Virus record (IMG/VR): IMGVR_UViG_3300011338_000321
Span: 1 to 26,450 of that record
DNA from: a virus
Taxonomy: Duplodnaviria > Caudoviricetes
Reading direction: 5' to 3' (one strand)
Length of the DNA: 26,450 bases
Positions 8,353-16,322 of the stretch are shown piece after piece. Position 1 is the stretch's first letter. Every line of letters begins with the position of its first letter. The translations under genes and the position numbers were made by a program. Under the pieces are notes generated by a model that ran no database searches, was not told the DNA's origin, and was given only the letters and a program-made list of their open reading frames with translations.

Positions 8353-9930
8353 TTAGTATGTACCGCCGTCGATGGTGGATGCGTTGCTTAGATAATCGGT
8401 TCCAGCAGTGGCAGCCGTAAATGCTCCTGTGCCATTGCCTTTTAAGATACCCGTTAAAGTTGTAGCTCCAGTACCGCCGCTGCTAACAGCTAGTGTAGCA
8501 GATAAACCTGCTGCAGTACCTGTGGTATTTTGGTTGAACGTAGGCCATGTAAATGTACCAGTACTAAAATTACCACTTGCTGGTGTGCCTAGTGCAGGTG
8601 TTACCAATGAAGGAGAAGTGTTAAGTACTACACTACCAGTACCTGTACTAGTAGTAACACCAGTACCGCCACTAGCAACGGCTAGCGTAGCAGATAGACC
8701 TGCTGCGGTGCCTGTGGTATTTTGATTGAATGTAGGCCAAGAGAATGTGCCGGTAGTAAAATTACCACTTGCTGGTGTGCCCAGCGCGGGTGTTACCAGT
8801 GAAGGAGAAGTATTTAGTACTACGGATCCTGAACCTGTGCTGGTGGTAACACCAGTTCCGCCGTTGGCAACTGGTACCAGTGAAACGTTTAGTGTATTTC
8901 CAGTTTTGGTTAAACCAGTACCCGCAAGAATACTGCCGGCTCCTGAAAATTGTGTAAATGTTAGGGCTGTAGTACCCAGTGTAACGGTACCGTCTGTAGT
9001 GCAAACCCAACCTGTATCTGCGTTAACTGTACCTTCTTGCACAAACACAAAGTCGCCGCCAACTAGTTCAGTATTACCATCTGCGTCTTCTGTGCGTGTC
9101 CAAGCTCCAGCAGCTACTGCGTATAAACCATTTTGAGAGGCAGTAGTTTGATCTTTTACTAATACTCGGTTACCAGCTACAACTGCAACGCCGTCAACGG
9201 TTTGTGTACCACTTAGGGTAATGTTGGCGGTAGTTGCTGCGCGAACTGCGTCTTTTACAGCTAGTCCTTGACGCGTAGCGTCAACATACGCTTTGGTTGC
9301 CGCGTCTTGCGCAAGCGTAGGGTCTGCTAGTCCTGTAATGCGCTGTGCATTAAACGCTACAGCTGCAGTGGGAACAGCTAGTTGATCCAACCTTGACGTT
9401 CTAACTTGCGTGTCAAAATCACTGATCTTGCTAGCAGTTAAACTAGGAATGTCACTAGCAGCTAAGCTAGCACCTGCGGTTACTCGACCCTTGCTATCCA
9501 CGGTAACTTTGGCGTATGTACCTGCAGTTACACCACTATTTGCCAGCGTTAGTGTTATTGCAGTAGCGCCGGTACCTGTAGCATCGCCACTAACAGTAAT
9601 TGACTGGTTAGTTGTTAAATAACCTTGAACTTTTACAAATGCAGTCGAAGCAGCTGCGGTACTATTATCTGTGCTAGTAACAGTAGGTACAATTACATTA
9701 CCTGTAAAAGTTTTATTACCTGATATGGTTTGATTGCTGGTTAGGGTAGCAAAAGCCCCACTGCCTGCAACAGCTTCTACAGTAGTAGCAGTACCACCTG
9801 CTCCTCCCGTGCCTTTACCGTAGTATAGGGTGTTATCTACTTCGTTAAAAGCTAGTTCAGCATTTTCCAAACTAGCAGGAGCCCCTGTGGCACCACTAAC
9901 GCGGCGTTTAATTCTAATTACATTAGCCAT
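8353..9930 (-). CDS. Accessory tail fibre protein 1 (525 aa)
   Basis: AAGGAG RBS; N-terminus IRIKRR...AELAFNEVDNTLYYGK (Mtd N-terminal-like); phage fibre repeat TLANSGVTAGTYAKVTVDSKGRVTAG; YadA-neck-like RITGLADPTLAQDAATKAYVD; RVLVKDQTTASQNGLY domain; ends IDGGTY. Confidence 0.88.
   Translation of the reverse strand: MANVIRIKRRVSGATGAPASLENAELAFNEVDNTLYYGKGTGGAGGTATTVEAVAGSGAFATLTSNQTISGNKTFTGNVIVPTVTSTDNSTAAASTAFVKVQGYLTTNQSITVSGDATGTGATAITLTLANSGVTAGTYAKVTVDSKGRVTAGASLAASDIPSLTASKISDFDTQVRTSRLDQLAVPTAAVAFNAQRITGLADPTLAQDAATKAYVDATRQGLAVKDAVRAATTANITLSGTQTVDGVAVVAGNRVLVKDQTTASQNGLYAVAAGAWTRTEDADGNTELVGGDFVFVQEGTVNADTGWVCTTDGTVTLGTTALTFTQFSGAGSILAGTGLTKTGNTLNVSLVPVANGGTGVTTSTGSGSVVLNTSPSLVTPALGTPASGNFTTGTFSWPTFNQNTTGTAAGLSATLAVASGGTGVTTSTGTGSVVLNTSPSLVTPALGTPASGNFSTGTFTWPTFNQNTTGTAAGLSATLAVSSGGTGATTLTGILKGNGTGAFTAATAGTDYLSNASTIDGGTY
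8470..8862 (-). repeat. Tandem duplication of the 192-bp (64-aa) fibre module
   Basis: Period of exactly 192 bp (8491 vs 8683); 87/99 nt identical over 8491-8589 vs 8683-8781. Confidence 0.95.
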
Positions 9931-9942
9931 ATGTGGCTCCTT

Positions 9943-10233
9943 TTAAAAGTTACCGCCTTCAGTAACCGTACTAGGGGGTGTATTTGTCCAGCTTGTGCCG
10001 TTAAAAGATAGCAGGTCTCTAAAAGTAAGGTTATTTATTGCTACAGAAACTCCGCCAATAACAACTTCTCCGGAAGGGCCTTGTGGACCCGCTGGACCCG
10101 CTTCTCCCTGAGGACCTGGAGGCCCTACTACGCCTGTGCTTATTGTATACGTAACAGGCGTCTCTACTATAACGTTGTTGTTAGCCGAGGTATTAACAAT
10201 AACGCTAGACTCTATTAAATTAATGAGTTCCAT
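9943..10233 (-). CDS. Short collagen-like linker protein (96 aa; start revised to ATG 10233)
   Basis: Eight G-X-Y triplets (GVVGPPGPQGEAGPAGPQGPSGEV); ends TEGGNF. The ATG lies 1 nt after the upstream stop, whereas the ORF-track start at 10251 is a non-ATG codon inside the upstream gene. Confidence 0.8.
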   Translation of the reverse strand: MELINLIESSVIVNTSANNNVIVETPVTYTISTGVVGPPGPQGEAGPAGPQGPSGEVVIGGVSVAINNLTFRDLLSFNGTSWTNTPPSTVTEGGNF

Positions 10234-10234
10234 G

Positions 10235-10816
10235 TTAGCGTGTAACCTCAACTTCTAGAGTTAAATTGCCGTAGATAAAAGGTACTACTACGTCTGCATT
10301 TACTAGCTCTAGGCTATACACAGCTGACTTAAAGGTAAATTGTGCTGTGTCTGCCGCAGAAATTTTAATGGTAATAGTCTTAGCAGTATTATCAATTACA
10401 ATATCACCAGCGCTTGAAGTTAATTCTTTGATTACTGTGGCGCTAGATACTTTTTCTCTGATTTGCATTCTAGCTGTGTACTGTGATAAGTCAACTGGTT
10501 GATTGTACTCAAGCACCCCGCCACTGGTGTAGGCAGTGTAATTTAAAGCATTAACAGAATTGTAAGTTAAAGTATTTGGAGTAACACCAGTAGCCAATAC
10601 ATAGTCGCTGGTATTAGCTTCTTTCATTCCTTGCACGCCGCTAATTTTAGTACGCCAATTTGCAGGAACTCCATGATCTGTAGCAATAACTACCATAGGA
10701 GCAGTTTTTGTGATATTTGTAATAGGCACGTATACCTTGGTAGCACTTTCCCAACGCAAGGTTTCTGAAAATGTACTGCCTTGGTAGACTTTAAAATTTA
10801 ATTTACTGGGTGCCAT
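10235..10816 (-). CDS. Collar or fibre-attachment protein (T5 p132 / BppU-N-like) with an inserted small beta domain
   Basis: AAGGAGG RBS; YQGSTF...VDLSQYTARMQIR...ITIKISAADTA...YSLEL...YGNLTL pattern typical of phage fibre-anchoring Ig-like adaptors; first gene after an internal promoter. Confidence 0.65.
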   Translation of the reverse strand: MAPSKLNFKVYQGSTFSETLRWESATKVYVPITNITKTAPMVVIATDHGVPANWRTKISGVQGMKEANTSDYVLATGVTPNTLTYNSVNALNYTAYTSGGVLEYNQPVDLSQYTARMQIREKVSSATVIKELTSSAGDIVIDNTAKTITIKISAADTAQFTFKSAVYSLELVNADVVVPFIYGNLTLEVEVTR

Positions 10817-10861
10817 CGCTGGTCCTCCTTGTGGGTGTAAACCCAGTTTTATTATACAAAA

Positions 10862-10915
10862 TAAGCTGGTGTAACTGTTTAATTGGTCGTTACAGCATTA
10901 AACAGTTACAGCTTA
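10862..10915 (-). promoter_or_regulatory. Long hairpin in the 5' leader of the fibre unit
   Basis: Perfect 14-bp inverted repeat TGTAACTGTTTAAT (10870-10883) / ATTAAACAGTTACA (10897-10910) with 13-nt loop, extended by 5 bp (TAAGC/GCTTA) beyond a 3-nt bulge. Confidence 0.75.
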
Positions 10916-10941
10916 AAAAATTTTGAATAGTATGATTATAA

Positions 10942-10970
10942 TTGCATGTATTATATCACATAGGTATAAT
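10942..10970 (+). promoter_or_regulatory. Mirror-image sigma70-like promoter pointing antisense into the tail tip genes
   Basis: TTGCAT (10942-10947), 17 bp, TATAAT (10965-10970) on the plus strand; activity unproven. Confidence 0.5.
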
Positions 10971-10978
10971 TCATGCAA
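10950..10978 (-). promoter_or_regulatory. Sigma70-type promoter for the fibre/lysis unit
   Basis: Minus strand TTGCAT (10978-10973), 17 bp, TATAAT (10955-10950), with an upstream AAAAAATTTT tract resembling an UP element. Confidence 0.85.
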
Positions 10979-11000
10979 GTGTAAAATTTTTTGTTGCTAG

Positions 11001-11918
11001 TTATACTTCTTCTAGCTCTATCTGAGTAGCGTAGGTATCTAACATACTATAACTTACGCCAGGCAAGCTCATAAATTTACCATAGATCTGATGCGCACGT
11101 TCCATTTCTAGTTGTGCTGCGGTGGTTCCATTTGCAGGAAATAAACTAACAAATATGGGTTTAGGAAGACCATTACCTAACATTATCTTAGTTAGTTCTC
11201 GACGGTCTGCTTGCTCTAAAAAGCCTAGATCAAAATTAAGTTTATTAAATCGGGGTCCGCGTTGGGTTACAAGGTCGCCGCTTTCAGTTCGATCATGGGT
11301 ACTTAAATCTACTTGAGTAGTAGACATGCCATATCCAGTATTATACTTAGGACTCCAGTAAGTTCCTAGTATTAGTCGACTAGCTTCAATATAGCTGTTA
11401 GTTTTACTTGTAAAAGTATCCACAATTTTAACTACAAAATATCTAGATGTTATAGCTGTGGGGAACCATACCGTGGCACAGGTGCCACCACCGTAGGCAT
11501 ACGTATTGGAAGCTATAGGATCTGTACCCCAAGCACTTAGGGCTAAAGTATTCCAAAGACAGCAGCTAACATTACCGGTAGTAGTTCCTGCGGTTCCTAC
11601 AACAGTAGGAGCTGCAACGGTTCCACCAAATGTAGGAACCGCAGCGTATGCAGTAACTGAAATAACTGCTGCACTAGATAAGTTAGTATACGGTAAAATT
11701 AAACTGTTAACTGAAGTAGACGCAGCAAGACTAACCAGTAAGTATGCTGTGGATGTAGTAGCTGCTGCAGTGTTTATGCTGCTTCGCCACACTAGCCCCT
11801 TCTGATCTTTGGTTAAGTTAGTTACAGGCGTTGTTGCTTGTGCGCTTGAAGCAGAGATAGTGGTAGTAGGCAAATCTGCTAGATTATTGTATACTACGCG
11901 TAAGTTTTTTAATGCCAT
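11001..11918 (-). CDS. Tail tip structural protein, probable distal tail (Dit-like) protein
   Basis: 305 aa with AGGA RBS; N-terminal beta-sandwich-like region and C-terminal YIEASRLILGTYWSP..YG...RTESG...RFNKLNFDL...IELEEV pattern seen in siphovirus tip proteins. The Dit assignment is inference. Confidence 0.55.
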   Translation of the reverse strand: MALKNLRVVYNNLADLPTTTISASSAQATTPVTNLTKDQKGLVWRSSINTAAATTSTAYLLVSLAASTSVNSLILPYTNLSSAAVISVTAYAAVPTFGGTVAAPTVVGTAGTTTGNVSCCLWNTLALSAWGTDPIASNTYAYGGGTCATVWFPTAITSRYFVVKIVDTFTSKTNSYIEASRLILGTYWSPKYNTGYGMSTTQVDLSTHDRTESGDLVTQRGPRFNKLNFDLGFLEQADRRELTKIMLGNGLPKPIFVSLFPANGTTAAQLEMERAHQIYGKFMSLPGVSYSMLDTYATQIELEEV

Positions 11919-11927
11919 ATATTCCTT

Positions 11928-12317
11928 TTAAACGGTGGGAGGTTCTGGCCACACAATGTTGAACGGATCTACTTGAAACGTAATATCGCGTAAAGCTTGA
12001 CGATACACTTTCCAGGCGGTGTCTAAGGGAACTCCTGTATCTACAGCTTTAATTACTCGCCAGTCGGACTCAGTTAGTAATTGATCGCGTTTTGCTTTTA
12101 TTAAACTCCACTCATACGATTGTTTTTGTTCTAAAGTTCTAGAATCTACAAATGTGGGGGTTCCATCAATAACTTGCCACGTTACTCCTGGAGAAATACT
12201 GGGCCAGGTATTTATAGGGTTTGGTAGTTCAATGTAACTTTCACTATCTGGAGGAACTTCACTATTATCTAATCTATAAATAATATTAGTAATAGGATTA
12301 TAAACGGCTCGTGTCAT
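11928..12317 (-). CDS. Tail fibre assembly chaperone
   Basis: C-terminal KRDQLLTESDW...WKVYRQALRDIT...WPEPP motif characteristic of phage tail fibre assembly chaperones; directly follows a fibre gene. Confidence 0.88.
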   Translation of the reverse strand: MTRAVYNPITNIIYRLDNSEVPPDSESYIELPNPINTWPSISPGVTWQVIDGTPTFVDSRTLEQKQSYEWSLIKAKRDQLLTESDWRVIKAVDTGVPLDTAWKVYRQALRDITFQVDPFNIVWPEPPTV

Positions 12318-12319
12318 TA

Positions 12320-14686
12320 TTAAGCTCCTGAGGTACTTGCAGAATGTGTAGCTGAAAAGGAAAAAGAACTAAAAGTTATTCTGCCATTACTATCCCGTAC
12401 TAAACCAACTACAATACCTGTAGCCGTATTTCCATCCCCAAACCCATATACTGTAACAGTTGGAGAAGTAGCATTAACTACATAGGCGTAAGAAGCTCCT
12501 GTTAAAAACCATGCATATGAATAAGGAGGTTTTCCTCCAGTAGCCGATATAGTTCTTGATCCATATAACTGATTCCCATGACTTACACTGGTTACAATAT
12601 TACCAGAAGCAATAGATGTAGTAAAAGATTCAAATGTGGGAGTATTGATTAATAGTTCAGTACCCGTCCATTGTAAATTTGCACCAGCTGAGTTACCAAT
12701 ACTAAATTTAGGTGTACCACTATCTGTTCCTAAATAAAATCCTGTGCCAGTATTATATGCAGTTTGTCCGGATTTAATATTTCCGCCACTATTAATAGTC
12801 AAAGTACCCAAAGTACCTGTTGCGGCTGATAAGCTACCGGCAAAACTTCCTGTTGCAGCCGATAAGCTTCCTGAAAAAGTACCTGTTGCAGCCGATAAGC
12901 TTCCTGCAAAACTGCCTGTTGCGGCTGATAAACTACCAGCAAAACTGCCTGTTGCTGCCGATAAGCTTCCTGAAAAAGTTGCGTCTCCTGTAGTAGCATC
13001 TATTGCAAAAGTTGTTTTAATACCGTCATGCCCTACAATACCTTTTGGCGTGACGGCAACACCTTGACCACCAGTTCGTGTACCAGTATTATCCCAAGTT
13101 AAAGTACCCGCAACAATACCGCCAGTAGTACTAACTGTAATAGGTCCGGTTAGTATATCTGCTGAAGATTTGCTTAGTTTTGCCGTAATGCTAGGCTCTA
13201 GGTTAATATTCATGGTGTCTTGTGGAGACGGAGTCCATGAACTTGGCTGTGTTCCTAGTTCTACTTTTGGACAGCAAATGTCAATAACTGAGCCGCTAGG
13301 TAAAGGAGTAGTAGTTCCCTGTACTTCCACAGAAATATATAGTTCTCCATTAACTGTAAATGAGTTACTTACTGGTATTCCGCGAAATACATACCGCTGC
13401 CAAGAACTTGTTAATACAGGGTTTTCTAAGTCTACGCCACCGGTAAATCCCATGTTGCTGTAAAGCCCATACATCTTTTTGCCTAAGCCGCCTGCGGAAG
13501 CTCGAGCCCAAAAACTAACGCAGTAAGTTTGAGCAGGTTCCCAAGATTTAACAGAATCAGAGGTCGACTGTGCTACATAAATACCCAGTGTGGTAGGAGT
13601 ACTGGCTCCTGCAGTAACACGTACGTAATTTTGTCCAAACATTCCGCCTGTTTGTACTGAATTAGTAACAGTTATACCAGAATTGTTATATATACCCCAG
13701 TTAGTTGGCAATGATGCATTATTGCGTAAAAATCCGCTGTTACCTACTAAGTTTACTCCCCCTGGACGTATAGAATCGTTATTTATAATTGTGCCGTTAC
13801 CAGTGCCTATGCCACTTATTGCCCCAGTAGATCCAATAGTAATGCCTGGTAAACTAAACGTGGTTCCGCTGTACAGCAGCTTGTCACCAATGGAAAATTT
13901 AGTTGTACCGCCGTCATTACCTATAAAAAAGGCACCTGCTTGACCGTATACTGAGGCAGCTGTTTTTATGCTTCCTGTAACGCTAACAGTTAAATTACCT
14001 GTGTCGGTAGTTAGGGCTTCTAATTTACCTACCTTAAAAGTTGATAGGTAGCCTTGAGTTTGCCAAGTGTATACGCCTGCTGCGGTTCTGGTTCCAGATA
14101 CTTGAAACATCCATTCTTCTGCAGCTAGGGTAGCTTTGGGTTGTAAGTACCAAGTTGTTCCAGTTACAGCAGCTCCTGCTGTTGGCACAGTACCTTGAGT
14201 TATTGAAGGTGCTGCAGGCAAACTAGCTCCGCTAATAACTCGATAAGCAAATACAGCTGTGTCTCCTGCGACACCAGCAGAGCCTGGCTGCAGCTTAGTT
14301 ATAGCTAGTGAACTAGAAAATATATCAACGTCTGTGATTGTAGCGGTTACCAGTAAACTATTTAAATTTAGGGTACTAAAGTCACTTGCACGTACATACA
14401 CGGTAACTGTAGTACCGGGAGTTGTGTCAGGTGTCAGTACTGCAGTGCCTCCAGTAGCTGCGGTATATAGTGTTATACCACCATTATTAGTCCAAACAAT
14501 AGGTTCTGTGGTATTTTGTCTTGTTGCAGTAATGGCTATTGTAGCTGTACTGTCTAATAGTGCCCCTGCACTCGTATACAAGAAAACTGTTACAGGAGCA
14601 CTTAGCACAACTGTTTTTTGATTTGTAACAGTTCTGGAAGCCGCTGTACTCAGTAATAAATTACGCGAATTTGTTGACGTTGCCAT
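12320..14686 (-). CDS. Central tail fibre / host-specificity protein (788 aa; start revised to ATG 14686)
   Basis: TAATG coupling with the upstream stop; carbohydrate-binding-like domain (NLVGNSGF...SFWARAS...LTSSWQRY...KVELGTQPSSWTPSPQD); GSLSAATG repeats; C-terminal Ig-like GGKPPYSYAW segment; followed by a fibre chaperone. Confidence 0.75.
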   Translation of the reverse strand: MATSTNSRNLLLSTAASRTVTNQKTVVLSAPVTVFLYTSAGALLDSTATIAITATRQNTTEPIVWTNNGGITLYTAATGGTAVLTPDTTPGTTVTVYVRASDFSTLNLNSLLVTATITDVDIFSSSLAITKLQPGSAGVAGDTAVFAYRVISGASLPAAPSITQGTVPTAGAAVTGTTWYLQPKATLAAEEWMFQVSGTRTAAGVYTWQTQGYLSTFKVGKLEALTTDTGNLTVSVTGSIKTAASVYGQAGAFFIGNDGGTTKFSIGDKLLYSGTTFSLPGITIGSTGAISGIGTGNGTIINNDSIRPGGVNLVGNSGFLRNNASLPTNWGIYNNSGITVTNSVQTGGMFGQNYVRVTAGASTPTTLGIYVAQSTSDSVKSWEPAQTYCVSFWARASAGGLGKKMYGLYSNMGFTGGVDLENPVLTSSWQRYVFRGIPVSNSFTVNGELYISVEVQGTTTPLPSGSVIDICCPKVELGTQPSSWTPSPQDTMNINLEPSITAKLSKSSADILTGPITVSTTGGIVAGTLTWDNTGTRTGGQGVAVTPKGIVGHDGIKTTFAIDATTGDATFSGSLSAATGSFAGSLSAATGSFAGSLSAATGTFSGSLSAATGSFAGSLSAATGTLGTLTINSGGNIKSGQTAYNTGTGFYLGTDSGTPKFSIGNSAGANLQWTGTELLINTPTFESFTTSIASGNIVTSVSHGNQLYGSRTISATGGKPPYSYAWFLTGASYAYVVNATSPTVTVYGFGDGNTATGIVVGLVRDSNGRITFSSFSFSATHSASTSGA
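12811..12979 (-). repeat. 33-bp (11-aa) tandem repeat, about 5 copies
   Basis: FSGSLSAATGS FAGSLSAATGS FAGSLSAATGT FSGSLSAATGS FAGSLSAATGT; the DNA copies differ mainly at synonymous sites. Confidence 0.95.
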
Positions 14687-16308
14687 TAAATTAATACCTC
14701 GACTTCTACGACTCCACGAGTCCAATTAGGTGACAATGAAACTACTTGAGCATCTACACCTGTACCACTGTTATACAAGTTAAAACGGCTGTGCGTTAAG
14801 GTTACCTTTTGACCTAGTTGCAATCCCAATAATTTACTGGTACCGGTGAACTTGTACACAGTATGGGGTGTTTTGTTAAATGTTAGCCTACGTGTGCACT
14901 CGGTAGAGGCGTCGGTGGTATTTATCATTTGAGTGTTTATTTGTGAAGCTTCAAGTGATAACTGATACCGCGCAGCTACAGCAGTGTCTGTGTTAGTAAC
15001 AGTTAACCATTCCTCTGCAAAACTGTCTTTGTGATTTTGTGGAATGCTGGTTAATAAACCTTTTTGAACTGTGTAATTTTTTGCATAACCTAATTTTACA
15101 CTGGCTTGCGCTTCTAGGCGAGCACTTATGCTCAATGAATTATAAATAATGTCTGTTTCGCCTATTGCAGTTACTGTAGCACCTGCAGTATAATAGGTAC
15201 CATAACGTAGTAACTGCAGTTGTCCAATACGATTAATAAATATTTGTGCACCAACACTTTGAGCTAGCGCTCTGCATAAAACTAAAACGTTTTGTGTGTC
15301 TGCTATCACTGCACCTACACCTACAGGACTTAAAAACGAAAAATCGTATAAGTTAACAAAGTCTATGTCTGCGAGTCCAAATCGTGCACTAGGTCTGGGA
15401 GGAGTAGACGTGGATACAGCACCTTGACCATATTGAGTTACTACAGTTGCAATAAGAGCAGCTACGTCAGCAGTATATGCCGGAGTACTAGTAATAGTAC
15501 TGTTAGCCGAAAGTATTCTTACAGGCGTTTTAATGCCTTGTACTGAACAAGTAATAGTACCTAAGGCTTGATACGGCAAAGTAAAAGTACCTGTTGTTAG
15601 GTCTACTGTGGCTCCATTAGGTTTTGTGGTGTTGTAAATTGGGTTGCCGTTATCGCGAATTTCTAATACCGCTTCAGCAGGTCCGTCATTGAATTGGTAT
15701 TTTAAAGTACTAGGGTCTATTAACAGCGGAGTCATATTAAAAACTTCACCAAATACAAGCGGCTTGATAGCATCTTGATTTTGTTGTCCACCATTCCAAG
15801 TTCCTGTTGTACCTAGTTTATTTTCAGTTACAGGAGTATTTAGCTGCTCTAGTTTATCTCGTATTTTTAAGTTTAGAGTGTTTCTGGCGCGTGAGTCTAC
15901 ATCATGAGTTAAACCTGAAAAGATTAACTGAAATCGACTGTAAATATCCGTGCTGGAACAATTCCACTGTGGGTCGCCATAGTATATTTTTAGCGAGCGG
16001 CTGCTCCAGATATACTTTGTTTTATCTAAGTACAGATCCAATTCACCATTTGGGTTATCTAGTTCTAGGTCGCCAAAAGTCATGGCACCTGTACCTTCTA
16101 AGGTTAGGGTCTCTGATAGTCGTACGTCTCTGCGAATTATTGCAGAAAATGTTAATAGCCCGTCTGAAGTTACATAAGGTGCGTTACTCCAAAGCAGAGT
16201 TTCTGTTAGGGTAGTCTGCACATTGTATACTTGTGCCACTACCAGTATGATTTTAATTGAATCTGGATCTTCCAGCCAAGCTTGTGAATACTGTGTGTAT
16301 ACTGCCAT
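14686..16308 (-). CDS. Tail tip / baseplate hub-like protein (540 aa)
   Basis: First gene after the tape measure; FGDLELDNPNGELD, KPLVFGEVFNMTP and LQLGQKVTLTHSRF motifs typical of siphovirus hub proteins. Confidence 0.65.
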   Translation of the reverse strand: MAVYTQYSQAWLEDPDSIKIILVVAQVYNVQTTLTETLLWSNAPYVTSDGLLTFSAIIRRDVRLSETLTLEGTGAMTFGDLELDNPNGELDLYLDKTKYIWSSRSLKIYYGDPQWNCSSTDIYSRFQLIFSGLTHDVDSRARNTLNLKIRDKLEQLNTPVTENKLGTTGTWNGGQQNQDAIKPLVFGEVFNMTPLLIDPSTLKYQFNDGPAEAVLEIRDNGNPIYNTTKPNGATVDLTTGTFTLPYQALGTITCSVQGIKTPVRILSANSTITSTPAYTADVAALIATVVTQYGQGAVSTSTPPRPSARFGLADIDFVNLYDFSFLSPVGVGAVIADTQNVLVLCRALAQSVGAQIFINRIGQLQLLRYGTYYTAGATVTAIGETDIIYNSLSISARLEAQASVKLGYAKNYTVQKGLLTSIPQNHKDSFAEEWLTVTNTDTAVAARYQLSLEASQINTQMINTTDASTECTRRLTFNKTPHTVYKFTGTSKLLGLQLGQKVTLTHSRFNLYNSGTGVDAQVVSLSPNWTRGVVEVEVLI

Positions 16309-16322
16309 AACTCTCTCGGGTT

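Noticed and set aside
7386-8862. Diversity-generating retroelement template/variable repeat pair, prompted by the Mtd-like N-termini and near-identical repeats
   Set aside because: All copies are internal to coding sequence, differences are mostly synonymous and not adenine-specific, and no reverse transcriptase is present in the window.
10851-10856. Additional minus-strand TATAAT in the fibre unit leader
   Set aside because: No -35 at a suitable spacing and no correctly spaced extended -10 TG; it falls within hairpin H2.
12811-12979. CRISPR-like array
   Set aside because: The 33-bp units are contiguous with no unique spacers, are in frame within a CDS and vary at synonymous sites.
4898-12999. 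Alternative-frame minus-strand ORFs (4898-5086, 7784-8017, 8762-9010, 12799-12999)
   Set aside because: Nested out of frame in real genes; 12799-12999 is just the 33-bp repeat read in another frame.
14687-14725. ORF-track extension of the central fibre (MDSWSRRSRG...)
   Set aside because: It overlaps the hub gene from a non-ATG codon; the TAATG junction at 14686 is the more plausible start.
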